From the sequence record DRR378314_814: DNA of 64,000 nt; one strand, written 5' to 3'. Both the position numbers and the translations under genes were made by a program. Position 1 is the stretch's first letter; every line of letters starts with the position of its first letter. Shown here piece by piece: positions 40,678 to 50,340 of the stretch. The notes below the pieces were generated by a model that saw nothing but the letters and a program-made list of their open reading frames with translations, was not told the DNA's origin and did not search any database.

Positions 40678-41820
40678 ATGGAAAAGAAAAAAGTATGCGT
40701 CATCACAGGATCGCGTGCTGAATATAGTATCCTGAAGCCGACTCTAATGGCCTTACGCGAAAGTGATGAAATAGAGCTACAGCTGATTGTCACAGGCATG
40801 CATTTGGCGTCGGCATATGGCAATACGTATCAAGCGATTGTGGAAGATGGATTTTCCATTACCTCAAAAATTGATATGCTGATCGACAGTGATCTTGCCA
40901 CATCTCTGCCAAAGTCGGTTGGCCTCGCAACGATTAGCTTCACAGATCATTATGAATGGCTGAAACCTGACCTTGTCTTAGTTCTTGGCGACCGTTACGA
41001 AATACTTGCTGCGGTTCAGGCGGCATTTCTCCTCAATTTAAAGGTACTGCATCTGCATGGCGGCGAGACGACCGAAGGAGCTCTGGATGATGGCATCCGC
41101 AATGCTGTCAGCCACATGTCTTTCCACCATATGCCAGTCGCAGCCGAATACAAAGCAAAGCTGGTGCAAATGGGCGTTGATGAAAAAGACATCACTGTCA
41201 TTTCTACCCCGGGCCTGGAAAATTTCAAAACCACAACGGCACTTACCATAGAAGAACTTGGGCAAATGGTTGGACTTGATCTTTCTGACGGCTTTTTGCT
41301 GCTGACATACCATCCGGAAACCAAAAACCCCGAAAAGACAATTCCCACGCTCAAAAACATCCTAAGTGCTGTCGAAAAAATAAACCACTTACGGGTGCTG
41401 ATGACCAAATCAAATAGCGACACCGGCGGTTCTGCTATCAATGCGCATTTAGAGGCATATTGCGCTGCCCACCCCGAACGATGTGTACTTGTCTCTAACC
41501 TTGGGACAGAAGGCTACATATCCGCTCTAACCCATGCAACGATAGTTTTGGGCAACTCTTCCAGCGCAGTGATTGAGGCACCCGCGATCGATACGCCTTC
41601 AATTAACATTGGCAACCGTCAAGGTGGCCGATTAATGGCGAAAAGTGTTATTAGTTGCGGAACTGAAGAGGACGAGATCTGGACTGCCATGCAACAAGCG
41701 GTTGATCCAGCATTCAAAAGAAAGCTGCAAAAAACAACTCCTCCTTATGGCAGACCAGCTATTGTTTCCAAGCAAATCCATGATACAATCAGAAAAATTT
41801 TGTCTATAAATCAGGATTAG
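40678..41820 (+). CDS. neuC: Hydrolysing NDP-sugar 2-epimerase (NeuC/LegG)
   Basis: TGSRAEY, VTGMHL, LGDRYE, HGGE, GNSSS and NIGNRQ.GR motifs. Confidence 0.92.
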   Translation: MEKKKVCVITGSRAEYSILKPTLMALRESDEIELQLIVTGMHLASAYGNTYQAIVEDGFSITSKIDMLIDSDLATSLPKSVGLATISFTDHYEWLKPDLVLVLGDRYEILAAVQAAFLLNLKVLHLHGGETTEGALDDGIRNAVSHMSFHHMPVAAEYKAKLVQMGVDEKDITVISTPGLENFKTTTALTIEELGQMVGLDLSDGFLLLTYHPETKNPEKTIPTLKNILSAVEKINHLRVLMTKSNSDTGGSAINAHLEAYCAAHPERCVLVSNLGTEGYISALTHATIVLGNSSSAVIEAPAIDTPSINIGNRQGGRLMAKSVISCGTEEDEIWTAMQQAVDPAFKRKLQKTTPPYGRPAIVSKQIHDTIRKILSINQD

Positions 41821-41822
41821 AA

Positions 41823-42959
41823 ATGAGCTCCCCTGAAGAAAATACCTACTTGGCATATGATCAGCTTAAAGATCATTGCCTGCGAGAGTCTGATCCAATT
41901 TCCAAAGCGCTGAAGATCATTGATAAATCCGACCAAAAAATCGCATTAGTTGTCAATGAATCTAATCGTTTGTTAGGAACGATAACAGATGGGGATATCA
42001 GAAGGCAGTCTTTAGTCAGAATGCCTTTAGACACACCCGTGCAACAGATAATGAATTCAAAACCGAAAACTTTGAAAACACCAGAACTCGGAGCTGACCA
42101 TTATGACAGGCTAGTTGCAAATCATCTGCTTTTTGAATTTCCGGTCCTAAACACACAACAGCAAGTAACCGGCATGCTATGCTTTAGCCGCAAGGTGTCT
42201 ACAAAAGCAACAACCGTGGTCATTATGGCTGGAGGAAAAGGAACCCGATTAGCACCTCTGACAAGAAACACTCCTAAACCCATGCTGGAAGTCGCAGGCG
42301 AGCCTATCATTGAGGGCACGATCAAAAGACTGAAAAAGCAAGGGTTCGTAAATTTCTTAATCTCCGTAAATTATCTTGCAGAAACTATTAAAGACTATTT
42401 GGGTGACGGTTCAAAATATGGTGTCTCCATCAACTACCTGGAAGAGACCAAGCCACTTGGTACAGCCGGCTGCTTATGGATGGCGAAAGACAGGATTGAA
42501 TCTACATTTCTTTTAATGAACGGTGATGTCATTACCAACATTGACTTTGCCAACCTTCTCATTTCACATGAAAATCAAGGTTCTCAAGTCACAATGGCCG
42601 TTCGAAATTATCAGATCAGCATCCCATATGGGGTTGTCGAGATGCCTGAAGCTAATCGGGAATCTCATCAAATCACTGGCATTTCTGAAAAGCCCAACTA
42701 TAGTTTCTTTGTCAATGCAGGTATCTATGCATTATCTCCAGAAATTTTTGAACATAGCGATGACGACTCCTACCTGGACATGACCACACTGTGTGAACGG
42801 ATATGGCAACAATCAGGCACCGTTTCTTCATTTCCAATTCGGGAATACTGGATCGATATTGGTGAAATTTCTGAACTAAAACGCGCAGAGGCCGAGTATG
42901 ATACAATCTTCTCTGATCCAAATTCTCACGCGCCAAATTTGACTGGAACTTTTTCTTAA
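41823..42959 (+). CDS. CBS-domain sugar-phosphate nucleotidyltransferase (PtmE-like)
   Basis: GTITDGDIRR CBS pair; MAGGKGTRL.PLT...PKP, PLGTAG, NGD and WIDIG motifs. Confidence 0.88.
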   Translation: MSSPEENTYLAYDQLKDHCLRESDPISKALKIIDKSDQKIALVVNESNRLLGTITDGDIRRQSLVRMPLDTPVQQIMNSKPKTLKTPELGADHYDRLVANHLLFEFPVLNTQQQVTGMLCFSRKVSTKATTVVIMAGGKGTRLAPLTRNTPKPMLEVAGEPIIEGTIKRLKKQGFVNFLISVNYLAETIKDYLGDGSKYGVSINYLEETKPLGTAGCLWMAKDRIESTFLLMNGDVITNIDFANLLISHENQGSQVTMAVRNYQISIPYGVVEMPEANRESHQITGISEKPNYSFFVNAGIYALSPEIFEHSDDDSYLDMTTLCERIWQQSGTVSSFPIREYWIDIGEISELKRAEAEYDTIFSDPNSHAPNLTGTFS

Positions 42960-42961
42960 AA

Positions 42962-43615
42962 ATGGAAAAAATAGTTGTAATTGGGTCCGGTGGACATGCA
43001 AAAGTCATCATCGACGCAATTTTGGCGGCTGGAAAATTTGAATTACTGGGGATTATTGCTGAACCGGCTAACCAACTAAAGCAAGTGTTAGACATACCCG
43101 TTATTGGAAATGATGCGGATTTAAAGTCACTCGCTAACCAACACAAAAATCTCAGAGCAATTATCGCAATTGGGAGCAACCGCAGCCGCTCAAACTGCTA
43201 CAGCAATGTCAATCGCTTGGTCCCTAATCTTAAGTTTACTGCCGTCATTCACCCCGCGGCGACGATTAGTCCTTTCTGCTCCATAGGAGATGGAACTTTT
43301 GTTGGGCCGGGCGCCACCATAAATGCCGGCGCACAAGTTGGCGATCATTGTATCCTCAACACAAACTGTTCAGTTGATCATGATTGCAAGCTGGAAGACT
43401 TCAGCCATATCGCACCGAATGCCGCTCTTGCAGGAAATGTCCATGTATCCAAATACTGTCTTGTGGGAATTGGGGCCACTGTAATCGAGAATATTACACT
43501 TGGGGAAGGGTGCTGCGTTGGCGCCGGAGCGGTTGTAATTAATCCAACCCTAAGTGACAGTACCGTACTTGGCGTACCGGCAACGTCGACCAAAGCCGAT
43601 CAAAAAAATTCATAA
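42962..43615 (+). CDS. NeuD/PglD-family sugar acetyltransferase
   Basis: GSGGHAKV, AIGSN..R, hexapeptide repeats, VDHDC, GVPA. Confidence 0.9.
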   Translation: MEKIVVIGSGGHAKVIIDAILAAGKFELLGIIAEPANQLKQVLDIPVIGNDADLKSLANQHKNLRAIIAIGSNRSRSNCYSNVNRLVPNLKFTAVIHPAATISPFCSIGDGTFVGPGATINAGAQVGDHCILNTNCSVDHDCKLEDFSHIAPNAALAGNVHVSKYCLVGIGATVIENITLGEGCCVGAGAVVINPTLSDSTVLGVPATSTKADQKNS

Positions 43616-43632
43616 TCGGTAAAAATTCGCAA

Positions 43633-44454
43633 ATGGTATCCAGAGAACAGTTACGCATTATCGGGGCCGGGAAAAGTGCCGTCATTTATCAACTTGATGA
43701 TAAAACCGCACTAAAGCTCTTCAATCCACGTACCAAAATCGAAATCGTTGAAAATGAAATCCATGCGCTGCAACTTGCCAGCGTACAAGGCCTGCCTGTC
43801 CCCAACATACTTGCCACCCAGCTGTCAGAAGAAAAAAGTGTGACGCTCACCTATCTGGCTGGACATAATTTATATCAAGAATTCGCGGCCCGCCCATGGC
43901 GCCTGATCACCTTATTGACACAAGCGGCAAAACTTCAACACCTCATCCATCAAAAGGATGGTACAGGGCTGCCCAGGGGTAAACCCGAGTTGGAAAGAAA
44001 CGTTTTAAACGCAAAATTTCCAACGATCCTAAGGGATGCAATTCAGAAGGCGATTAGAGAATTACCGGAAAACCGGCCATCTCTTTGTCACGGTGATTAT
44101 CATTTCAGCAATCTGCTGTTTGGCGGAGACACGCTATACGCTCTGGATTGGGCAAAAGCCAAACAGGAAGATCCAGCCTTTGATGTCGCACAAACTTTGA
44201 CGCAGATCCTGTATGGCGGACCTTCAAACTTCGCGTTCAAGTCTTTAGAAAAATTCGGCCGGTCCCTGATCGCGAAGAAATTTTTGCAAGCATATCTAAA
44301 GTGTTTAGCAAAAAATCAGCGACATGACTTCGCTTGGCGAGTGAACAAATGGCTTCCAATATGCACTGCTGCGAAATATAATTTCGCGACACATGAACTT
44401 CAAAAAAGCATCCAGGAAAAACTGAACACATATTTCCTGCCAGGCGGAACTTAA
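43633..44454 (+). CDS. APH/choline-kinase-fold phosphotransferase
   Basis: IGAGKSAVIY, ALKLF, CHGDYHFSNLL and LDW motifs. Confidence 0.8.
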   Translation: MVSREQLRIIGAGKSAVIYQLDDKTALKLFNPRTKIEIVENEIHALQLASVQGLPVPNILATQLSEEKSVTLTYLAGHNLYQEFAARPWRLITLLTQAAKLQHLIHQKDGTGLPRGKPELERNVLNAKFPTILRDAIQKAIRELPENRPSLCHGDYHFSNLLFGGDTLYALDWAKAKQEDPAFDVAQTLTQILYGGPSNFAFKSLEKFGRSLIAKKFLQAYLKCLAKNQRHDFAWRVNKWLPICTAAKYNFATHELQKSIQEKLNTYFLPGGT

Positions 44455-45548
44455 TTTGGCCGATCCTGATCGCCATCCCCTTTCGACCAATAAATTTTAT
44501 CGATAGAAAGCTGATCCGACTCAGGCTTCACTCTCAAATCCTTAAAAGCTGTTGATATGATATGGGGCTGCTCAACATAGGGCTGCAACAAAGATGGTAT
44601 CTTAGACATAATCTCATTATGGGACTTGTCAGAAAGCCACCCCTGTTCTTCAAATAGAGGCTGAAATGAAGAAGCAGAATTATAAAAGTCCAAGACTGAC
44701 GCGTTTCGTTGCTCCGACCAGTCACTTAGCATGGTCAATAAATCCTGCCCGGTAGAATTGTCCGCGTAAAAGCACTCAATGAGGCGCACGAACCTTACAT
44801 CAGCACCTCTCGCATCCTCTTCTCGAAAAATAACCGCGCCCGTGATCCTTCCCGCCTCATTGACACTTGTAAAACAATGATAATCAAAAACAGGGTGATC
44901 CACATAGCGCCAGTTTAGGAAGGTACTATCCTTTTTCACACCACAATACCCTTGCGAGATCAGTCTTGAAAAAAATTCGTCCCATTGACCATCGAAGCGT
45001 TCAACTTTTTGGATTTTGCACGGCTCGAACTGAAGCTTATCGGGGCCCTCAGGCGACGCGATCTCAACGATCTTATCCAATGATGTAAATTTTGATCGAT
45101 CCAGTATCTTCACGTATCTTGGCAGATTGTCCTGCACGAGATATTTCATCTTTTTATAGTAGGGATACAGCTTTGGGTTAATTCCACTGGTCGCGATTAA
45201 ATTCGTCCCAATGTCCTTAACACTCATGAGCAACTGAAACCCGACACCGCCATATCGATAATCCTGGTGTGCCATTAAGTTACAGAGCCACCCACAGGAT
45301 AGTTCCTCGCCATTCAGGACGAAATCAGTTCGGATCACCCCTTGCATACCGACGACCATATTGCCATCCCATACCGTTATGGCGGAAAGGCCACCTGGCT
45401 TTGCTTGCGGGTTATTCTGTCCAGCAAACTGCCAGTTCAAAAAATCAGGATTTCGACTTAAGAAATGCTGTTTTCCCCATTGCTCTGAAAAAAACTGGTG
45501 CACGGCTTCTGTTTCACCTGAAGTGGGATATCTTTGCTCATACCCCAT
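44451..45548 (-). CDS. Long GNAT-fold acyltransferase
   Basis: FLNWQF, NLMAHQDYRYGGVG, FLNWRYVDHP (tandem GNAT-like halves), C-terminal KGDGDQDRPN. Confidence 0.7.
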   Translation of the reverse strand: MGYEQRYPTSGETEAVHQFFSEQWGKQHFLSRNPDFLNWQFAGQNNPQAKPGGLSAITVWDGNMVVGMQGVIRTDFVLNGEELSCGWLCNLMAHQDYRYGGVGFQLLMSVKDIGTNLIATSGINPKLYPYYKKMKYLVQDNLPRYVKILDRSKFTSLDKIVEIASPEGPDKLQFEPCKIQKVERFDGQWDEFFSRLISQGYCGVKKDSTFLNWRYVDHPVFDYHCFTSVNEAGRITGAVIFREEDARGADVRFVRLIECFYADNSTGQDLLTMLSDWSEQRNASVLDFYNSASSFQPLFEEQGWLSDKSHNEIMSKIPSLLQPYVEQPHIISTAFKDLRVKPESDQLSIDKIYWSKGDGDQDRPN

Positions 45549-45550
45549 CC

Positions 45551-46468
45551 CTATTTCGCCTCGGCAACGATTACATATGAATAGCCGCCAGACAGACCCC
45601 TTTGTTTGCTTTGAAGAAACTTGCGCTCCTCCAAAATAGAAAATGCTGAACCCAGCACCGCTTTGATTTCATTTGCATCCTGCCAGTGGCGAATATGGTC
45701 GGGCGCGCGCATATTAACGGGACAATTCAGAAACAGTAACCCACCATCACCCAGCCCTGCCCGCAAATTACCTACAGCGGCCAAAGGATCTGAAACGATC
45801 TCCAGCACCTGGCTGACCACCACGGCATCTACTTTTGGCATCTGTTCATCCTGCTGGCAGATGTCCCTAAGTAGAAATTCACTCTCTATGTCCAGACCAA
45901 GACGTTTTAAGCAGGTCTTCGTCTTCTCCAAAGCAACTTTACTAATATCAATCCCAACAAAGCGACAATCGCGTCGCTTATTGGCCAATATCGCGGCATA
46001 CAGCCCATGACCAGGACCGACCTCACAAAGGGTAGCGTTTTCAGGTAACAGGTTGAGAAAATGGCGATTAAAATAATTTGTTGGCCCAATATGCTGAAGC
46101 CACAAGGCTTGCGACAAAAGTAACCCATTCATGTAGTCCGCCATTTTCTCAGCGGAATCATAGAAATCCCTTAAAACTTCGTCGGAGGTATCATAAGTGA
46201 AGTTTTTCTTGGTTCGAAACCGATACTCGGTTGCCATCATCATTTGGCAGGTGAATTGATATCCGCGCAGAAATTCTGACAGGTCCCCTGAGCACAGTTT
46301 GTTAATCTTCGCGGCAACCGCATCCGCCGTCTCTAATTCCTCTTCGGAAAAAGCGGCAACAGTCTTTCGAGTTCCAAGCTCACTTTCAGGCCAAAATTGG
46401 GATAATGCATTAAGTAGATTATCAACGTTTGGATAGGTTGAGCTGTTCACAGCAATCGCTTCTGGCAT
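45551..46468 (-). CDS. Class I SAM-dependent methyltransferase
   Basis: EVGPGHG motif I, GIDIS, SQVLE, GGLLF; ATG at 46468 (GTG alternative at 46483). Confidence 0.85.
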   Translation of the reverse strand: MPEAIAVNSSTYPNVDNLLNALSQFWPESELGTRKTVAAFSEEELETADAVAAKINKLCSGDLSEFLRGYQFTCQMMMATEYRFRTKKNFTYDTSDEVLRDFYDSAEKMADYMNGLLLSQALWLQHIGPTNYFNRHFLNLLPENATLCEVGPGHGLYAAILANKRRDCRFVGIDISKVALEKTKTCLKRLGLDIESEFLLRDICQQDEQMPKVDAVVVSQVLEIVSDPLAAVGNLRAGLGDGGLLFLNCPVNMRAPDHIRHWQDANEIKAVLGSAFSILEERKFLQSKQRGLSGGYSYVIVAEAK

Positions 46469-47382
46469 CGCAACAGTTCCCACTTGCTAGCTTGATTTAT
46501 GTCCATCATATCTGCGCTGCAACAATCAACCGAAACAACTTCCAAAACCTGCGCATCTCCGCATACGACGCCAACACATTCATCTGGCAGCGCCAGAATT
46601 TCTCCCGGTAAGCCAGAAGACTTCTGTTTCAAGTTGGACACTTTTTGAATATGCCATTTCGTGTTGTCATTGCCAATCGCCCAAGGCATGTAACTGGGCG
46701 TTGCAATCGGAAAATAATCTGCTGCGCGGATGAAATTATATATACTTTCCGCGGGTTGGGTCCAATCAATATGACCATCCCCAACATCGTTTGAATAATA
46801 TGCACGCCTATTCGAGCTATTTTGCTTGAAGGTTTCGAACACAGTTTCATTTTCGATTTCATCGATAAAATCGGCAGTCATTTGGTTGGCCAACTTGGTG
46901 CATTTTTTTAAAACTGAAAGTCCCGTATCGGTCTCAGATATTGCTAGCTTGTTCTGAAAATATATCGGACCACTATCGAACGCCTCCTCCATCACATGCA
47001 AAGTCACTCCTGTAAATTTTTCACCGTTCCTAATCGCCCATTGATATGCCAGGCGTCCAGCATATTCAGGCAGCAATCCAACATGCACGTTAACGGCTTG
47101 CCTTCCATATATATCGAGGACTTCCTTGCCGATCAGATGATGATAATTATTCACACTTAAAAGCCAGTCAGAATCCTGGCTTAATTTCGGGTCTCGAATA
47201 TTTTTTCCTGGGTAGACCTGCCGAGCTTCTTGCTGCTTTTTTTGACTAGCTCTACTATAGACTTCGTCGGAAAAAATAGGGCCTAACTGGATGCGAGGAG
47301 ATTTTTCGATTTTGGCAATCGCCAACTGTATGGGAGCTCCTTCACCGATCAGCGAGACACGAATAGGAGAATTGCTCATCAC
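46447..47382 (-). CDS. N10-formyl-THF-dependent formyltransferase (Fmt-like)
   Basis: NVHVGLLPEYAG, GVTLHVM..AFDSGPI, IDWTQ.A..IYNFIRA. Confidence 0.88.
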   Translation of the reverse strand: MMSNSPIRVSLIGEGAPIQLAIAKIEKSPRIQLGPIFSDEVYSRASQKKQQEARQVYPGKNIRDPKLSQDSDWLLSVNNYHHLIGKEVLDIYGRQAVNVHVGLLPEYAGRLAYQWAIRNGEKFTGVTLHVMEEAFDSGPIYFQNKLAISETDTGLSVLKKCTKLANQMTADFIDEIENETVFETFKQNSSNRRAYYSNDVGDGHIDWTQPAESIYNFIRAADYFPIATPSYMPWAIGNDNTKWHIQKVSNLKQKSSGLPGEILALPDECVGVVCGDAQVLEVVSVDCCSADMMDINQASKWELLRCQKRLL

Positions 47383-47654
47383 GCTTCATCTGTTACCGGC
47401 ACCACGCCTTCTTGCGTCAGAAGATACAGCGCATGAATGTTTGTCAATTTATCCATGGGGAGAACCCCCATATCGAATTCATATCCAGAGAATTCTTCTA
47501 TCGCCAAACACAAATCAATAAACCCGAAACTGTCAATGATATTAGTTGCCAGTAAGTTGTCTTCATTCGCTATGCCATCAACAGCTTCAGGTTCCAACCC
47601 ATTTTGCTCCAGCAAAATCCTATTAACTTCCTGGCGAAATTCGTTGATGTTCAT
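47379..47654 (-). CDS. Stand-alone acyl/aminoacyl carrier protein (DltC-like)
   Basis: 91 aa, acidic; IIDSFGFIDL..AIEE phosphopantetheine Ser motif; ATGA overlaps on both sides. Confidence 0.8.
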   Translation of the reverse strand: MNINEFRQEVNRILLEQNGLEPEAVDGIANEDNLLATNIIDSFGFIDLCLAIEEFSGYEFDMGVLPMDKLTNIHALYLLTQEGVVPVTDEA

Positions 47655-48610
47655 GCACTTATCTCTTTTGAGTTGACGTGAAAATTTATAAACTCGTTAA
47701 TATCAACACGAGGAAGTTCCAACTTGCTCGGTTTCTCATTTTCTAAATTAGCTCGAAACCCGTACTTCACGCCAAGGCCTCTTAAGATCTGCAACGTATT
47801 GTCGTCATAGGAATTACTGGGATGCGACATGACTTGTGGGGTATACCCCAGTATGCTGGTTAAATGGCTTGAATTTTTAGAATATTGGCGCACCTGTTCT
47901 TCAATGCCTAGCCGCCGAAAATTAACGGGGTGAGAATACGAATGCAGCCCCAACTCCTGCTCCTGCGAGACAAGGTCTTTGAGGGATGCATCTGTTAGCC
48001 AGATACGTTCCTTCCATGCCTCAACATCAAAATCTCTATGCCGCATCATGTTGAGGTTGAGGTCTTCGAACTCTTGAGGGGAGAGAAGCACATCGCGCGC
48101 AAATCTAAATTTCTTGTCTGTTGGTGTATAGATTGTAAATTCAGATAAATGGTTGATTGCCTCTGAGGACGCAAACTTTTCTTCCCAGTTCACATCCGTC
48201 CACGTGTCCTTCATACTGGCAAAAAAATGCGCATAGTAATCTTCGACTGTTTCATATCCGATATTTCTAAAGAAACGGAACATTTCAAAGAGTTCCATTT
48301 CCTGTTCAAAAACACCCGAATAAACAAACCAGAACGCCTTGATATCATATTCACGCATAATCGGCAGTGCGATGTCATACTGGCTTCTCAACGCATCATC
48401 AAAGGTCAGAACCACATCATTTTTTCTCAAAGACCCGTTCTCGTAGCCACTTAGCCAGGCTTTAGCGTCCAGAATATTGAGGTCCAAGGATCCATCTAAT
48501 ATTTTCCTGAAGTCATCACTAGATAAGGCACCTTGAATGTAGGGATGCTGGTCTTCGTCATAAAAATGATGGAACATCAACCCAAAAGGATGTGATGGAT
48601 ATTTTTTCAT
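47651..48610 (-). CDS. Polysaccharide deacetylase family (CE4-like)
   Basis: MFHH, LTFDD, GLHSYSH and SHPSNSY motifs. Confidence 0.8.
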   Translation of the reverse strand: MKKYPSHPFGLMFHHFYDEDQHPYIQGALSSDDFRKILDGSLDLNILDAKAWLSGYENGSLRKNDVVLTFDDALRSQYDIALPIMREYDIKAFWFVYSGVFEQEMELFEMFRFFRNIGYETVEDYYAHFFASMKDTWTDVNWEEKFASSEAINHLSEFTIYTPTDKKFRFARDVLLSPQEFEDLNLNMMRHRDFDVEAWKERIWLTDASLKDLVSQEQELGLHSYSHPVNFRRLGIEEQVRQYSKNSSHLTSILGYTPQVMSHPSNSYDDNTLQILRGLGVKYGFRANLENEKPSKLELPRVDINEFINFHVNSKEISA

Positions 48611-48765
48611 GTATTATCTACTCAAAAACATATGTGACTTACCCAAGAACACTACCTTAATTACTAACAGGTTTAGCATTACATTCCAAACATTGGCGAT
48701 TGAGTTACCGATGAAAAGCTGTAGTTTTGTCCTACCTTTAATCTAGTTACCCTTGCAACAGAAAT

Positions 48766-50337
48766 ATGATAAAAACCACCTCTCGAAAACTCCTGGCGGC
48801 TCTTGACCATTTCCCACAGAATAACTTCCTTATCTCTGATGGAGTTACGGTTACATATGAAGCTGCTTGGAAACAGATTATTCAGCTTACAAATGTCATC
48901 ACAGATCACGCCCCTGACCAACAATGTGTTGGCATTTTGTCCAATAGAGACCTCTCGGCCTACGTTGGGACGCTCGCGTGTTTGGCAGGTAATAAGGCTT
49001 TTATTCCGCTCACTCAAAAGACTCCAAGAAAACGAGTTCAGGAAATTGCGACCTCTATTGATTTAAAAACAATAATAGTTGGAAAAGGACTAGAAGAGCA
49101 TTTTCTGGAAATCTTTGAAAACTTCTCCGAGGAAATCGTTGGCCTGTGCCTCGACAAGACAGATGAAACCCAGCGTGGGAGTGCAAAAATACGTCAAGCC
49201 GTGCATCATAACTCCACCACTATTGAAAGCACACGGTCCAGCTCCTCAAACGACTATGCCTATATTTTATTTACATCAGGATCGACTGGTGCCCCTAAAG
49301 GTGTGCCAATTACATATGAAAACCTGAACACCTATATTGAAAACGCATCAGCTCTATTTCAATATCAGCCGACCGACGTTGTCACTCAGACTTTTGAATT
49401 AAGTTTTGATCTGAGTATACACGATCTTATGTGTACCTGGTGTAGTGGTGCCGCGTTGCTCCCCCTTTCTCGACAACAGCTCCTCTCTCCCCAAAAGCTG
49501 CTAACCAAATATCATGCAACCGCATGGTTTTCCGTTCCGTCTCAAGCCGCTTTAATGTCCCGTGCCAGACAATTAAAACCCGACTCCATGGAAAGCCTCA
49601 GATTGAGTTTATTCTGCGGGGAGGGATTACCAGCCTCTTTGGCGCAGCAATGGCAAGCCGCAGCTCCAAACTCAACCCTCCATAACCTGTATGGCCCGAC
49701 AGAGGCTACTATTGCCATCTCCTCATATAAAATTGCAAACAATTCCAAGCAGGAATCCCCCACCGAAAAACAGACTGGTGAATTTGCTCCTATTGGGAGG
49801 CTATTCCCAAAGCATCAGTTCAAAATTGATATACCGCGATCAACCAATTCCAGCGATCGGCAAAGAGGTGAATTACTGGTATCTGGAGATCAGGTCTTCA
49901 CCGGCTACTGGAAAAACGAAAAAGCGACTCTCGAAAAACTGGTGAAATCGGAAGATGGCACCTTATGGTACAAAACCGGTGATATTGTATCCCTAAATTC
50001 AGAAGATGACCTGGTTTTTCATGGACGTGCAGACCATCAAATCAAGTTTAGAGGCCACCGAATAGAGCTGGGGGAAATAGAAACCAAAGCAAGAGAGGCC
50101 GCAAATACCGGACTGGTAGCAGCCCTAGCACAAACAGACCAAAACGATATTGTGAATGCTATATGTCTTGTGATCGCCAGCACGGAGCAAGACAAGTCGT
50201 CAATTCAAGATTATCTTGAACGCCATCTTCCCGCATACATGCTTCCGACAAAATATCTACTGATAGACAATCTGCCGACTAACGCCAGTGGAAAAATCGA
50301 TAGAAAAGCGTTATCTAAACTGATTAGCAGTCCTTGA
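48766..50337 (+). CDS. Stand-alone amino-acid adenylation enzyme (DltA-like)
   Basis: YILFTSGSTGAPKGV, SFDLS, FCGE, NLYGPTEAT, YKTGD, QIKFRGHRIELGEIE, LP.YMLP, SGKIDR. Confidence 0.88.
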   Translation: MIKTTSRKLLAALDHFPQNNFLISDGVTVTYEAAWKQIIQLTNVITDHAPDQQCVGILSNRDLSAYVGTLACLAGNKAFIPLTQKTPRKRVQEIATSIDLKTIIVGKGLEEHFLEIFENFSEEIVGLCLDKTDETQRGSAKIRQAVHHNSTTIESTRSSSSNDYAYILFTSGSTGAPKGVPITYENLNTYIENASALFQYQPTDVVTQTFELSFDLSIHDLMCTWCSGAALLPLSRQQLLSPQKLLTKYHATAWFSVPSQAALMSRARQLKPDSMESLRLSLFCGEGLPASLAQQWQAAAPNSTLHNLYGPTEATIAISSYKIANNSKQESPTEKQTGEFAPIGRLFPKHQFKIDIPRSTNSSDRQRGELLVSGDQVFTGYWKNEKATLEKLVKSEDGTLWYKTGDIVSLNSEDDLVFHGRADHQIKFRGHRIELGEIETKAREAANTGLVAALAQTDQNDIVNAICLVIASTEQDKSSIQDYLERHLPAYMLPTKYLLIDNLPTNASGKIDRKALSKLISSP

Positions 50338-50340
50338 CAA

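Noticed and set aside
43633-44454. Aminoglycoside resistance gene
   Set aside because: Only the generic APH/kinase fold is visible; the context is capsule biosynthesis with no mobile element.
46447-47382. Housekeeping methionyl-tRNA formyltransferase fmt
   Set aside because: No def neighbour, divergent N-terminus, and translationally coupled to an ACP in a capsule locus.
47379-50337. Canonical dlt teichoic acid D-alanylation operon
   Set aside because: No DltB or DltD; the A domain and carrier are divergently transcribed with different partner enzymes.
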